A stretch of 63,985 bases of DNA, filler included, from Stramenopiles sp. TOSAG23-3 (GCA_900128585.1; 11 parts of 11 records of this genome joined end to end with filler, not necessarily neighbours in it); one strand, 5' to 3'. Counted from the whole stretch's first letter, positions 22,488 through 34,238 are shown. Notes: generated from the sequence alone by a model not told the origin. Numbers and translations: made by a program.

Positions 22488-23051
22488 TTACCACGCATTT
22501 TCGCCTTTATCGATGATGCGATTCCTGGTAATGCTGCAGTTGAGCCCTTGGTCTCTGTTCTGGATACCGTTGAAGGTGCTGGAAAATTCATTTTGTACAG
22601 GGAACTTTTTATCTGGGAACTCGTGCGCACTCGGTGCCTTGGAGCCTATTTCGTGGGCACTAGTGGTGTACATGGGGTTCTGGGACCCGGCACGGAACCT
22701 CCAGGCGTTTGCCCGCGCCGTGCGGACCTGCATGTTCTGGTCGTTGACCTCCGGTCCTGACGCCGGCGGCAACTCGGAGGGTAACGGTTTAGGCATTGTC
22801 TTCTGGAGCTCTGGGTTGTTGCGCGCAGTCCTCGTTCGCATCGGGTCCATCGCTTGGGAAATGAAGTTTTTACTGTTTTCAATTTGTGTCCCATAGTTTG
22901 AGCTTACAGTAGAGTAGTGGTAATTCGACGGTGGCCTTACGGGTGCAGGGGCTTTTTCCCCGGCGGCGATCTTCTTCCGGGCTTCCAAGGCAAGCTCCGC
23001 CAAGTTCTTCGTGGTCGCATAGAATGGGTTGGTGTTTCTGGGTTGCTGCAT
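22488..23051 (-). CDS. PIERCE1/2 (DUF4490, FAP182-like) ciliary microtubule inner protein
   Basis: The C-terminal NPMYTTSAHEIGSKAPSAHEFPDKKFPVQNEFS...RDQGLN matches the YxTS...GxxAPxxHExP..F.....FS....RxxxLN pattern of this family as I recall it. Confidence 0.75.
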   Translation of the reverse strand: MQQPRNTNPFYATTKNLAELALEARKKIAAGEKAPAPVRPPSNYHYSTVSSNYGTQIENSKNFISQAMDPMRTRTARNNPELQKTMPKPLPSELPPASGPEVNDQNMQVRTARANAWRFRAGSQNPMYTTSAHEIGSKAPSAHEFPDKKFPVQNEFSSTFNGIQNRDQGLNCSITRNRIIDKGENAW

Positions 23052-23490
23052 CTTTTTTAAAACCTATCGTTTCTAGCTAGATCGAATATCCAACAAGTAG
23101 ATAAGAACAAATTGGTATAAATCGATAGGGTGTGGAAGTTTAAGAAGGTTCAAGATTAACAATCAATTCCTTCGTTGATCATTTTCATTGAATAGTTATG
23201 ATCATAAAATATTCAATCAAACGATATTTTGTTGATAAAATGCCAATAAATATATACTACTACTATTTATTATTAATTTTTTTTTGAATGATGAGAAGAA
23301 GCATACTACTACAAGCAATTAGCATGCATTATTATGGTGATGGTGGTAGAGGTAGATCGAAGAAGAAGAAAGAAGAAGAAAGAAGCAACAATCAATAATA
23401 AAATAACGCAAAGAATGCATTTTTTTTTATATTGCTGATGGTATGAACCTGTTAGTTGTGCAACCGTTAGGAGAAAGTCAAAGAAATAAA

Positions 23491-23590
23491 NNNNNNNNNN
23501 NNNNNNNNNNNNNNNNNNNNNNNNNNNNNNNNNNTTAATTAATTAANNNNNNNNNNNNNNNNNNNNNNNNNNNNNNNNNNNNNNNNNNNN
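23491..23590. other. Artificial contig-joining spacer
   Basis: N44-TTAATTAATTAA-N44. Confidence 0.99.
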
Positions 23591-23900
23591 CAAGCAGCAG
23601 CAAGGTGTTCATTGGAACGTGGGCCGACATCCGGAAGGGGAATGGTATAGGCATTTGAGTATCAGGATGACAAGTTGCATCCTTCACATGCTTCGCCCAC
23701 AAAAGCTTTTCCGGTAGCACCGTCTCTTTTTGGACCGTGGGCATCTGTCTATACTGCTCAACAAGGTCACAACATCGACGCAGTTCCTTGTTCGATACAA
23801 GCAGTGTATTCCACGAACCCGGCCCGCATAAATAGTACATGTGCATGAATCTACCCCAGTACGTCGTCTGATCGTACACGGGCTTATCAACATCGAACAT
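23591..23900 (-). CDS. SFXN: Sideroflexin (mitochondrial carrier), N-terminal fragment
   Basis: KPVYDQTTYWGRFMH...LLWAKHVKDATCHPDT...FRMSAHVPMN is the sideroflexin N-terminal signature; truncated at the contig edge. Confidence 0.9.
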
Positions 23901-24855
23901 GATGAATGGTATTTACAAACCGGAAAAGTTGGCCCGCAACAACTGTTCGGCAATCCTTGCGTTGTCGTTCTACTAAAACCCCAGATTCCCTTCTTTCTTC
24001 TCAGAAGCTTTCTTCTTTCATTTTTTATACTTTGTGTGAAGTAATTGATCCTTCGCTGATAAAAAAATTAAATTTTATCAGAACGGTGTACGTCTTTCCC
24101 GCGTCGCCTTTTTTCTTCTGTCGCCAATTCGACTCGCTTCGGAGGCACCTTGCGGTTATTTTTGAAGACAAACCCAGGAGAAAGCTTTTTTGGAAAGGAC
24201 AGGGTTGATGAAAGAAAATGAGGAGAAGAAGATTGGATTAAAATAATAATAAAATAATATAAAAAAAATAAATATTAATAATAAAAAAAAATAATACTGT
24301 AAATAGTCTAATAATAAAAAAATATTTTTTTAATCTTCTTCTTCTCTTTTCTCTTCTTTTCTAGACTAATACCGTAATATTAAAGCTTAGGTATAAATTT
24401 AAATAGCTGTTTTAATTTAAATAATACATAATACCTGGTAATACCGGTACGGGTACCAGGTACCTTCATTTCTGTTGTTGTTTGATGAATATTATTATAT
24501 ACTAATTTATATAGGTGACAATATTACAAATACAATGTACAATAACAAAAAACAAAAATTATTAATATAAGAATAGTATTATAGAACGATTATGAAATTA
24601 TTTTAATAAAAAAAATAAAAAACACCAACCACCACCGGCGGCACCACCAAAAAAACAAAAGAAGTTTTCATATTTTTTTGTTGTATTGAAAAAAATATAT
24701 TCTATGTATGTATATACTTCTTCTCCTCCTTTTGATATTGATGTTAGTTACAACTACAAATTTAAGAACAAACCATAAAAACGAGAAAAATTCTGAGCAA
24801 TGCATGCTTCTGCCTGTTGGGTAATGCATGCACCTGTAGTGGAAAATAGAGGACT

Positions 24856-26004
24856 ATGTCGCACAAGAAATGCACCCCGGCCGTTACAGATGAGTGGCAC
24901 GCGTTTGGGATTGAATCTCCACAGATCATTGGGTTGAAGCAATATAGTTTTGGTGAACCATGCGGTTGGAAAGTTGTGCCGATGGGGGACAAGAATCTGT
25001 TACAGGATCAGAGCAGTGCAAAAATGATCTCCTTGTCATACCACGATATCAACGTTCCAAGCGGGATCGATTTGTTGATTTATTCCTATCGATTGAACCA
25101 GAAACGGTCCGAAACACCGTTGCGCGTGTTGAAAGGCCCGTTAATTTTGAACAAAAAAGTAATTGACGAAGCCAGTCCCAGTGCCATCTCAAATGTATAT
25201 AATATCGAATCATCGGACTGTCATTCGACTTCGTCTACGTACCACAACTGCGCAAACGAGTTGCAGAAAGGGATGCCTATGAGGGATGTTGTGCAAGACA
25301 GCGTCGTTGGTAACGAACTGCATTTTTATGTGCAGAACACGACACGCGGTAGTCAGTATTTGGTGGAAACAAATACATTTTCCGTGCTATTGGTTGAAAC
25401 GGCTACAGGAAATGGTGTATCTGTCGCAGCAGTTGTCGGATCAGTAATAGCATCGCTTCTTTTCCTTATAGCAATTGTAACATACTTTCGGCGGAAACGG
25501 TACTCTCACGACCATCCTGGTCAAGGTTCAGTGATTGTCCCGGTGAATTTTCGAAGGGACGACGAAGACGACGAAGACGATGAAGACAAACCAATTCCTG
25601 CGACAACATCGTTGATTAGGGTTTCAACAAATTTATACGTGTACAAAAAGGCCCAGTTTCAACTGCCAGGGGGAAATAACGACGACCAAGATTGCCCGGT
25701 ATGCCTCGATAAATTTAGAGACGGCCAACGGGTAAGAATGTTACCGTGCAGTCACTTGTTCCATATAAAATGCAGCGACATATGGTTGCGAAAAAATTGT
25801 ACGTGCCCGATGTGTAAAGCTGATATTGCTATAACGGCGCTAAATGTGAAAACGCACAGCGACCAGACGTGCAATTTTTGCAAGAAGTCGATTTTAGGTC
25901 GAACAGCAAAAACATCGTGCCCATATAAAAAACTACAAGACCGGTACTTGACCAGGGTAAATACCTATAAAAAGGCAGAAATTTATGAGAAACACCAAGA
26001 TTAA
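24856..26004 (+). CDS. Transmembrane RING-H2 E3 ubiquitin ligase
   Basis: Single TM (VAAVVGSVIASLLFLIAIVTYF-RRKR) followed by CPVCLDKF...LPCSHLFHIKC...WL...CPMC (C3H2C3). The start is uncertain. Confidence 0.88.
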   Translation: MSHKKCTPAVTDEWHAFGIESPQIIGLKQYSFGEPCGWKVVPMGDKNLLQDQSSAKMISLSYHDINVPSGIDLLIYSYRLNQKRSETPLRVLKGPLILNKKVIDEASPSAISNVYNIESSDCHSTSSTYHNCANELQKGMPMRDVVQDSVVGNELHFYVQNTTRGSQYLVETNTFSVLLVETATGNGVSVAAVVGSVIASLLFLIAIVTYFRRKRYSHDHPGQGSVIVPVNFRRDDEDDEDDEDKPIPATTSLIRVSTNLYVYKKAQFQLPGGNNDDQDCPVCLDKFRDGQRVRMLPCSHLFHIKCSDIWLRKNCTCPMCKADIAITALNVKTHSDQTCNFCKKSILGRTAKTSCPYKKLQDRYLTRVNTYKKAEIYEKHQD

Positions 26005-26032
26005 TTGGAGTTTGTTGCTGTTTTATTTAATG

Positions 26033-26078
26033 AAAAACAAGAAAATTGGCTTATTTTATTTAAAAGTAAAAAATTAAT
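26033..26078. repeat. Fragment of repeat family B terminus
   Basis: AAAAACAAGAAAATTGGCT...TTTAAAAGTAAAAAATTAAT, similar to 15506-15545 and 29638-29686. Confidence 0.55.
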
Positions 26079-26447
26079 ATTTTATCTTCTACTTCGTGCA
26101 CAGGTATTAATGAAAAAACAAATTATGATATGATAACAGATGTGTCTATCTCTTAATAACACACATTTATGACACTCAATGTGTAAGAATAAGAAGCTTC
26201 ATCCGGTGTCCCACCCATTTAACTTGAATCAAAACTTATGGAAAATGGTTTGATGAACAGCGGCTTGGAAGTTGTAAAGGTGCTTAGAAGGATCTAAAAT
26301 TGTTTTTTAAAACTTACACTCTCACTCATTTACTCTCAAGACGTCCATTATGACGAGATGAAATTCACGCCCCTTTTCGTGGAATATCCAACGTTGACGA
26401 GGTTCTTTCGTTTCTTGGTGTACACCGAGTCTCTCCGTGCGACAGTG

Positions 26448-29150
26448 TCACTTTGTTGACATCATCAACTCTTCAACCCGTACCTGGAACTCGTCGTTTT
26501 CCATTCTGCCTTCCGCTGTTTTTTTGTTTGTGGACTTTTTAAAGACCATTTGTTTGTTTGTGGACTTTTTAAAGTTCGCTGATTCCTGGCCACTGATCAT
26601 AGGGTTGCCGATCATCTCACTCATCTCTAACACGGTTAGAACTGAGACGCGATTCGAAGCCACAGCGTCACTTTTGTTGCCCTCCTGATACTGCTGAATA
26701 ATAGCTTTTAACCGACGTTTGCGGCCACGTAACGATGGCAAAGATTTCAATTGTTCAAATTCGTTCTCCATAGTCGTTGCAAGAATACAAAGAAGCAGCA
26801 AATTGACGATATTGGCACCTCCACCTTCAGAGACTGAACCAGCCGGTTTGCAGCCCGTTGCAAAATCGCAGTGGTATTTGACCCCATCTGCCTGGGCGTC
26901 CATAATCACCAAGTACATCTTTAGCACGAAAAACGGGATCGTTTTGATAAACAGCTGTGTAGCATAAAAATATGCAAACCGCAGCCTTTGGCTTGTTTTT
27001 TTCAATGCCACGTCTGGGTCTCCTGTGCTTGTAATGTTCGTAACACGAGGGCTCTTTCTTACACCTCCGTAACGCATGGACTTGCTGTCTATAGATATAC
27101 CTTTGAAGTAGATTTCTAGGTCTATTCGTACTTCGTTCAATTTGGTAAGCATTTCAAACACCACGCTTGCAAGGTACAAACCTAAGAATACCTTGTATGA
27201 ATCGGCAACATCATAAAGCCCATTTTGATCGTTGGCGGTGGTCTCAATGGTTTGCAAGTTTACGATTTCCATACCCGCAAATATGAATTTATTAGTAACC
27301 TGCACCACGCGAACAAAAATGTTAACCGCGTAAGATTTCCACCACACCGTACTGTCCACTTCCACCCATCCATTTTTCTGCCGTGTACGGTATTTTGTCA
27401 GAGCAATCCGTGCAGCAATAGTGACTGCTAAAAACAGCAGTATTCCAAGGCAAACAAGAAGGGCAATTGCCCAAGACGGTAAATGTTCTATGGGAGCAGG
27501 TAACGACGAGGACTTCGGACGTGGAACGCCATCACTTGGAACATACCCATATCCACCATAAAACGATACGTTCCGCACCAGACTATCGGCGCCGCCTTCA
27601 AACCCCGCGGGCGTCCAAACCCCTGCCGTCTTCATTGAAATGGTGCGAGGCACGGAAGAGGAGACCGTTGCCCCTTTTGACTCGTCCTGAAAATTAACGA
27701 AAAGGAACGGAACAGCTACGTTGTCCGCGTTTTCGTTTATAGAGACGGGCCCGGAAAGACCGTCCGAGAACTGGACTTTGCCGCTTATAAAAACGTCCAT
27801 GATAGTGCGTGATAACTCTGACCTGGCGCGCCCCTGGTATTGTGGCTCTGCGGTACCAATCTGCGCAGCCAATGCAACTGCCAACACGGCATCGTATGCA
27901 TATGGTATTTTCGCGTTAGGGTCTTTTTGAAACGACCCAGCAGAGCCAAGGAGGGCAGTGTATGTCCCATTTGGAATACTATCACGGATCATTTTAAACG
28001 TATGGTTGTTCCAAGCCAATGAATGCTTCCATAGGTCCTTAACAAACGATGGGTATTGTCGAGAAGACTCTGAGTATGGCAAAACGCCCAGGACACCATG
28101 CAGCCCCTCATCGTTCCCCATTGCCGTTATCAACGAGGGCTTTGCTGTCGCATCGGAAAGAACCCATGCATAGTCTCGGTGCCCAAAAAATTCACCCTTT
28201 GCAGCCTTCATGATTTTTGTGACAGCAGCCGTGGTGCTTAGAAAGACGATAAATATCCGCGCTTTGGAACCCCTCATTAGTTTCAACTGTTCTGCTTTCG
28301 ACTTGTTCTCATCAGCGGCCAACGCGTGATCGTATGGAAACGGAGTCATGGCTACGTTGTACCTCTCGCCAGAGGCCAGGCTTGTAAATGTATGGTACAA
28401 ACCATTAGAATAATGGTCGTCTTTGTCGAAGAATATACCGACTTTTTTCCATTTGAATCCCAGAACGGCGTCGAGAATCGCCGACGCCTGCAAACTGTCG
28501 GGCGGGACTGTTCGAACAAAGTATGGGAACAGCCTTTTGCTGCTTAACGAGTCCGCAGTAGAGGCAAACGACACAGTTGGAATTTTGTACAGAGCGAGTA
28601 CTGGCGAGGCTTTGAACGATGTAGAACTCCCGGAAGGACCTATTACTGCGTCTATGGTCTTGCCGTCGCACGCTGCTGCAGTATTGCCCGAACCTAACTC
28701 GAACGCGGCCCCCAACGCCGTTCCCGGCGAAGCCTCTGTGTTCTTAATAGGGCAAACGTCGATGTGGACACAGCCGTTCAGCTTTCCGGGCACCCCTGAA
28801 ATCAGGCTGGTCCCTCTGTTTATGTGTTCAACGGCCAGCAGCGCAGCCGCACACCTCTCAAAACCCGATGTTGTAGCACGCACGACATCTCCGTTGGCAT
28901 CAGTTTTAAATAGAGGAAACATGAACCCCAGCGTTAAGTTGATCCGTGTCGAATTTGCAACGCACCCCGCCGCCCTGGCTGCCCACCGCGAAGGCACTAG
29001 GCAACACACCAGAAAGCACCACCGCAATATGGAGAAACGCCACATACAAGAGACTCTTGCAGTCCCCAAAGGATCAAACCAATTCTTCACGCTCGCCAAC
29101 ACTACCATTTTCCACGTCCTTCGTATTTGTTTATATTTTATCATATTCAT
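26448..29150 (-). CDS. Receptor with class C GPCR/ANF-type Venus-flytrap domain and atypical multi-TM C-terminus
   Basis: AVIGPSGSSTS, IPTVSFASTADSLSSKRLFPYFVRTVPPDSLQA, WKKVGI, YAYDAVLAVALA. A likely signal peptide starts at the ATG at 29045. About 5 hydrophobic segments follow the ectodomain. Confidence 0.85.
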   Translation of the reverse strand: MNMIKYKQIRRTWKMVVLASVKNWFDPLGTARVSCMWRFSILRWCFLVCCLVPSRWAARAAGCVANSTRINLTLGFMFPLFKTDANGDVVRATTSGFERCAAALLAVEHINRGTSLISGVPGKLNGCVHIDVCPIKNTEASPGTALGAAFELGSGNTAAACDGKTIDAVIGPSGSSTSFKASPVLALYKIPTVSFASTADSLSSKRLFPYFVRTVPPDSLQASAILDAVLGFKWKKVGIFFDKDDHYSNGLYHTFTSLASGERYNVAMTPFPYDHALAADENKSKAEQLKLMRGSKARIFIVFLSTTAAVTKIMKAAKGEFFGHRDYAWVLSDATAKPSLITAMGNDEGLHGVLGVLPYSESSRQYPSFVKDLWKHSLAWNNHTFKMIRDSIPNGTYTALLGSAGSFQKDPNAKIPYAYDAVLAVALAAQIGTAEPQYQGRARSELSRTIMDVFISGKVQFSDGLSGPVSINENADNVAVPFLFVNFQDESKGATVSSSVPRTISMKTAGVWTPAGFEGGADSLVRNVSFYGGYGYVPSDGVPRPKSSSLPAPIEHLPSWAIALLVCLGILLFLAVTIAARIALTKYRTRQKNGWVEVDSTVWWKSYAVNIFVRVVQVTNKFIFAGMEIVNLQTIETTANDQNGLYDVADSYKVFLGLYLASVVFEMLTKLNEVRIDLEIYFKGISIDSKSMRYGGVRKSPRVTNITSTGDPDVALKKTSQRLRFAYFYATQLFIKTIPFFVLKMYLVIMDAQADGVKYHCDFATGCKPAGSVSEGGGANIVNLLLLCILATTMENEFEQLKSLPSLRGRKRRLKAIIQQYQEGNKSDAVASNRVSVLTVLEMSEMIGNPMISGQESANFKKSTNKQMVFKKSTNKKTAEGRMENDEFQVRVEELMMSTK

Positions 29151-29383
29151 TAAAAGAATGTGTTAAATAAAATCTGCGCAAGTGTTTGTATAGTAGATAG
29201 AGAGAGAGGGATGATTAAAATATGTGCCCCGCCCCCCGCCCCCGCTTCTTCTATCTAAGTCAAAAAAATAGTTAGCATACCATCCTACCTATTTCTATAT
29301 AAAATAATCATTGTCTTCTCTTGAAAAAATAGTTAGCATACCATCCTACCATCCTACCTCTATAATATAAAAAATAGCTTCCT

Positions 29384-29483
29384 NNNNNNNNNNNNNNNNN
29401 NNNNNNNNNNNNNNNNNNNNNNNNNNNTTAATTAATTAANNNNNNNNNNNNNNNNNNNNNNNNNNNNNNNNNNNNNNNNNNNN
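29384..29483. other. Artificial contig-joining spacer
   Basis: N44-TTAATTAATTAA-N44. Confidence 0.99.
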
Positions 29484-29637
29484 CTTGCCTATATAATGAT
29501 TTTTTGAAACGTGAGAAAACCATTATTTTAGAAAAAAACGTGAGAAAACCATAGACCGACAATAGCATTCTATTTAAAAAAAAAAACTAATGATTCTATT
29601 TTTTAAATTGCTTTTTATTTTATCTCCTACACACTTT

Positions 29638-29686
29638 AAAAACAAGAAAATTGGCTGTTATTTAAGTAAGTAAAATTAATGTACTG
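29638..29686. repeat. Fragment of repeat family B (inverted orientation)
   Basis: AAAAACAAGAAAATTGGCTGTTATTTAAGTAAGTAAAATTAATGTACTG is nearly the exact reverse complement of 15314-15357. Confidence 0.85.
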
Positions 29687-29875
29687 ACTTTAAGAGAGAA
29701 GAAAAACCCTTCAATTCAGTTTATATTTAAAATTTATTAGTCAATATTCTTGTCGCTGCTTCCTTTTGTTGAATAAACCATTGTTTCTGTCGCTAGATGA
29801 TTTCGTCACTAAATTAGGTTCAGCGCAATTTTCTATTTTCCTCTCCTTATTGCTTTTTGACCACTGGTGCGCAAA

Positions 29876-30285
29876 GAAAAGTAACCAGGGGTGACCTCAC
29901 TAAAACTGGCGAGTCCGGGCCCAGCTGGGTCGGTTTTCATAGATACTACCTTTCCCCTTGGAGTCTCCGGTCGGTACTAGTTCGTACATGGGTGAGGTTG
30001 CCCCGAAGACCATGGTGCTGTTCTCTTGGCGTCCTAACTCGTTGGAAAATCAACCAACACCAGTGAGTTCGGGCAACAACTTGCGTGCCAGGAAAAGTAA
30101 ACAGGGGTGACCTCACCAACACCAGTGAGTTCGAGACCAGCTGGGCTTCCAGTCGGTTTGCATCAATAATACCTTTTCCCCTGGGGCGTCCGGTTGGTAC
30201 CAGTTCGTACATGATTGAGGTTGCCCCGAAGACCACGGTGATGTCGGCCGTAGTGTTCTCTCGGCGTCCTACCTCGTTGGAAAAT
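29876..30285 (-). pseudogene. Two diverged tandem copies (~175 and ~195 bp) of a GC-rich, probably coding-derived fragment
   Basis: Copies 29876-30050 and 30092-30285. Minus-strand readings FSNEVGRRENT..VFGATSIMYELVPTG and FSNELGRQENS..VFGATSPMYELVPTG; copy 1 is frameshifted. Confidence 0.6.
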
Positions 30286-30540
30286 TAAATTTAATTAAAA
30301 TTTATTTCTTATCATTCCGTAATTCAACCTTTTGAATGAGGGATCAATATTTGAGAAGGTGTACGTAATATTGAAGGGGATTTTAATTCGTGGGTGGAAC
30401 TGCGGTTCTAACTGAAGAAAATTTTTCTTGCAAATCATTTTGTACAATGAAAGAACAGATATCCGCACTTGCAAGTTTTCGATACTACAGTGACAAACAC
30501 ACTTATACCACCCTGCACTCTAGTCGTGAAGCAATAATTT

Positions 30541-31503
30541 CTAAGAACTCGGCTTAATAATTTTGAACGAGCAAACCATGTTCTCGTCGATTACCATTAC
30601 ACCTCCTGCATTGTCAAACTCACCACAATAATTTGGGGCAGAAAAAATTGTAACAAGACTGCGATCAGCATGAAATTCATACCCGTCCTCAACTACTTGG
30701 TGGCCTCTAACGATAAGGGAGATATCAAATTGTTGATTAAAATCTTTGATCGTTTTATAACTAAACACGAAAGACACTCCTCGATCACTCTGGGCCCACC
30801 CATTACCCATGTCCGGTTCGGGATCTGCCCACAGCAAATCACACATTAAGCCAAAATCAGGGACATCTGAAGGTCGGGGTAATCTGTTAATTTGTTGCAA
30901 ATCATAGAGTTCAGGGGATATGCCACCATGCATACACAAAATTTGCGTATCAACTAGTGCTGCAACTGGCATACAGTTGAAAACTCCAGCGAAAGTTTTC
31001 CACAGCTTTACGCTGTAACGTCGCTTGCACTCATCAAAAAATCCATAAATTCGGTTTATAGACGCGCATTCATGATTTCCGCGCAGTAGGAAGAAATCGT
31101 TAGGGAATTTTATCTTGTAGCATAAAAGGAGACATATTGTTTCAATACTTTGATGTGCTCGATCGACATAGTCCCCGAGAAACAGATATCTGTTATTAGG
31201 TGGGAACCCACAAACTTCAAAAACCTTAAGTAGATCATAATATTGGCCATGCGTGTCTCCGCAGATTACAATTGGTGCAGACGTCTCAACTAACATTGGC
31301 TGAGACAAAAATGTTTCTCTAGACAAATAACATATTCGTTCAATATCGCACAAGTCCAAATAAATCTCTGTTCTTGGAGTTTTTGCCTGCGCGCTTAACA
31401 ATTGTTGCAAGCACTTACTGACTAACAGCCCATCTTCTGACGTGTTTTCCACCAAAACGTTTCCTTCTTCAACGACTAAACGGGATTTATTATTTTCTGC
31501 CAT
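30541..31503 (-). CDS. PP1: Serine/threonine protein phosphatase PP1 catalytic subunit
   Basis: [66 protein letters not shown]. Confidence 0.96.
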   Translation of the reverse strand: MAENNKSRLVVEEGNVLVENTSEDGLLVSKCLQQLLSAQAKTPRTEIYLDLCDIERICYLSRETFLSQPMLVETSAPIVICGDTHGQYYDLLKVFEVCGFPPNNRYLFLGDYVDRAHQSIETICLLLCYKIKFPNDFFLLRGNHECASINRIYGFFDECKRRYSVKLWKTFAGVFNCMPVAALVDTQILCMHGGISPELYDLQQINRLPRPSDVPDFGLMCDLLWADPEPDMGNGWAQSDRGVSFVFSYKTIKDFNQQFDISLIVRGHQVVEDGYEFHADRSLVTIFSAPNYCGEFDNAGGVMVIDENMVCSFKIIKPSS

Positions 31504-34238
31504 GTTTCATTGCTTACACAGTTTGTATTTAGGAGCAATCTATGGCTTCCCGTCACGATTTTGTCTACATATTTCTGCTTCACCGTATGGTTAACACGAA
31601 ACTGAGTTAGGCTAGTATTACAGTGGTGTTCTGGCAACAGGCACAGCAGTTCATTTTTTGTTTCGATCATCTCCTAATTCATTTGCGTAATTAATGATAT
31701 ATCCGTGTATCAAGTTTTTCGCACCACCTACCTAGATAAAAAGAAAATGGATACTCCAGTAGTTTTAATATATTATTGTCAATGTGCCTTAAGTTTGTTT
31801 TTATTTATATAGATATATCACTAATGACTTCCTCTAAACGTAAGGGAAAAGAGTGTAACAGACCTGCAATAAAGAATTGAAAAAAGCGTCTTGGTAGTCG
31901 TCTAGTTAGTTGATGTGATGATGTGATGATGTAGTACAGTAGCGTCAATAACAACAAAACAAATAAAGGGATCATTTCGGTTTTGACCTGTTTGTTGTAT
32001 TTTTTTTATTAAGGGGGGTGACAAACGACCCCTTCGGGGACGCCTGACAGGAGGGCTATTACTACTATTTACATAATTGTCGATACAATGGTAGGATTCA
32101 CTCAAGTCAAAGTCAACTATTATGTCCTTAAATTGTTGTAGTACAAGAAGTCAGAACGGTAATTATTTCTAAATTTTAAATAATTAAAATATTTTGTCTA
32201 CGACTACGTTGCGAGATAAAAACTGAAGAGGGAAATTACTGGATTTAATTTTTTTTTGCTCTTCTTCTCTTCTGGTTTGCCCCGTTGCCTCCGGTTGCTT
32301 ACTACTTCCTTCGTATCAGATCCCTCTTCTGATTTAAATTTTTTTTGATTACTTGCCATTCCACTCGTCTTGTATTCTAATGTATTTTGATAGGAAATAT
32401 AACACATCGGCATATCACCACAAAAAGTTTTGATGCGACATATTTTGCACGGATAACGAACGCAAAAGCAGTGGGTGACTTGTGGGAAATGTAAAGGATT
32501 GGAAATTAGTCTGCAGCAGTGTGATACACTACTCACAAAATTCGTCCGTCCACTAAAAACTTTTAGGAAATAATTGCATTCTAAAACGAGAAAATCTTGT
32601 TATGTTTTTTGTCCCTTATCAGAGAGTATAAATAATTAGGAAATTAGGGTGATTAATATCACCGAATAAGTTCATCAAGAGAGCAGGAACAACCGCCATT
32701 CGCACAAACACTCGCACCGCCCACCACAAAATGAAGACTCAAATAAAAATTATTCAGTGCCTCCCTGATTGTAGTGTGTTTTAAGGGAGTGATTAAAACT
32801 TATACTCAACCTATTCTTAACTCTATTATAGCAAGATAATTCTTGTGAAGAACAGATGAGTCCTTTCCTTTATTTATGTTATTTTGATAGTAGTCGTTCT
32901 TCATTGTTGAAATTGAAACTCATCAACACTATTGAATGTAATCTTACATGTTATCTATTACATTGTTGTATTATAAAATATATTTAAGGCGGTTTAAATT
33001 TAATATGGAGTCTTCTCCTTGAACGTTTAAATTCTTCTTTCCTCGCTTCATTTATTCTGGTAACGTCCAGCGGACAAGCGGGACTCCGCTTGTCCCTTTT
33101 CGGCGTAGTCGGTGCTATGTGAATGATACATAGACTTTATGGGAACTTTACTAACTAATTTCTTTGTTCGTTTGCGCATTTCATATGATAGATATGATTG
33201 GGTTTTATGTGGGAAGCACGGTATTGAGTGTATTACGGTTTCTATAGCAGGGTAACGCGCTTTCTAATGCTATTAATAGCGGCGAGATTTTTGGTTTTAG
33301 TACCATTTCAGCAATCTTTGCTTGGTGTTGTTTTATGCTTTTAAAAGTAAAGCCGTTATTCCTAATTTATCCTTAATATGTATTGTAAATACAACAATTA
33401 TTCCCACTTGCAGAGAATAGAATTTTATCAAATACAAATTAAAGGCAGGGCTTCTTTTCGATAGGAGGTACTAAACTAACTGTTATTGTGTGTTGAAAAG
33501 AAATTTTTAGTTTTATTTCTTGCTATTCCTATCGGGTATTTAGTCTTCACTCTGTCTATATATATAAAACGGGCATTTTCGCCTCACAGTGTCTATAGTA
33601 GAAAACGTACATTGAGCCCAAATGGTATTCAATGTTAAATTCATTAAGGTTCCAATTGCACCATTACCAACGAATTTCATGTGAAGCTGAAATAGCTTAT
33701 CCTGTTTTCCGAATTTGATACTAAAAAATTAGATTACAAATTGTTGTGTTATAAAACAATTACATTACAGTTTAAACCTTAATGTTTGTTTTTCTCTGGA
33801 GGAGTCCCTTTAGCAAAGAAGCTGGCAACACAACAACACGATTAGCAGGGGATATTTTTCAGATGACTACATTATTTATTGCGAGAACGGATAATAATAC
33901 GGAAGAAAAAAAACAAGAAGACCAGCGCACAAAAAAATGAAAAAGAGCAAACAAGCAGTAAAAGGCGAGAAGTAACACATTTCAAAAATAAAGGAAATAA
34001 CGCGGAATATAAAACCAGAAAGTGTTCCGACAAAACAGGCAGAAGAGCTAGCGAGAAAAAAAAGACGAAAAATTTAACACAAAGCATCTACCTTCCAAAC
34101 CAACTTTTTCGTTAACAGAGTTTTGAAAACCGAGCATTTGATTCGCCACGAGTGATAGTGTGCATACGATTGAATACACAACATTTGGGGTTATAACTGG
34201 CTGCTAAACCAATCTGAAGAACGGGCAAGTCTGTTATA

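Noticed and set aside
26523-26574. 30-bp-period duplication in the receptor tail; also short duplications at 29263-29360 and 29507-29551
   Set aside because: Ordinary local slippage duplications with no evident function.
32010-32060. CUUCGG tetraloop-like hairpin
   Set aside because: The stem is only 3-4 bp, with no surrounding ncRNA boxes or Helitron CTAG end.
33195-33376. Small hydrophobic ORF interrupted by a TAG (possible readthrough or alternative genetic code)
   Set aside because: TAG, TAA and TGA all act as normal stops in the conserved genes here, and there is no recognisable homology.
32204-34115. Lys-rich short ORFs 32204-32536 and 33879-34115
   Set aside because: A-rich low-complexity sequence with non-ATG starts; trial splicing to nearby acceptors gave early stops.
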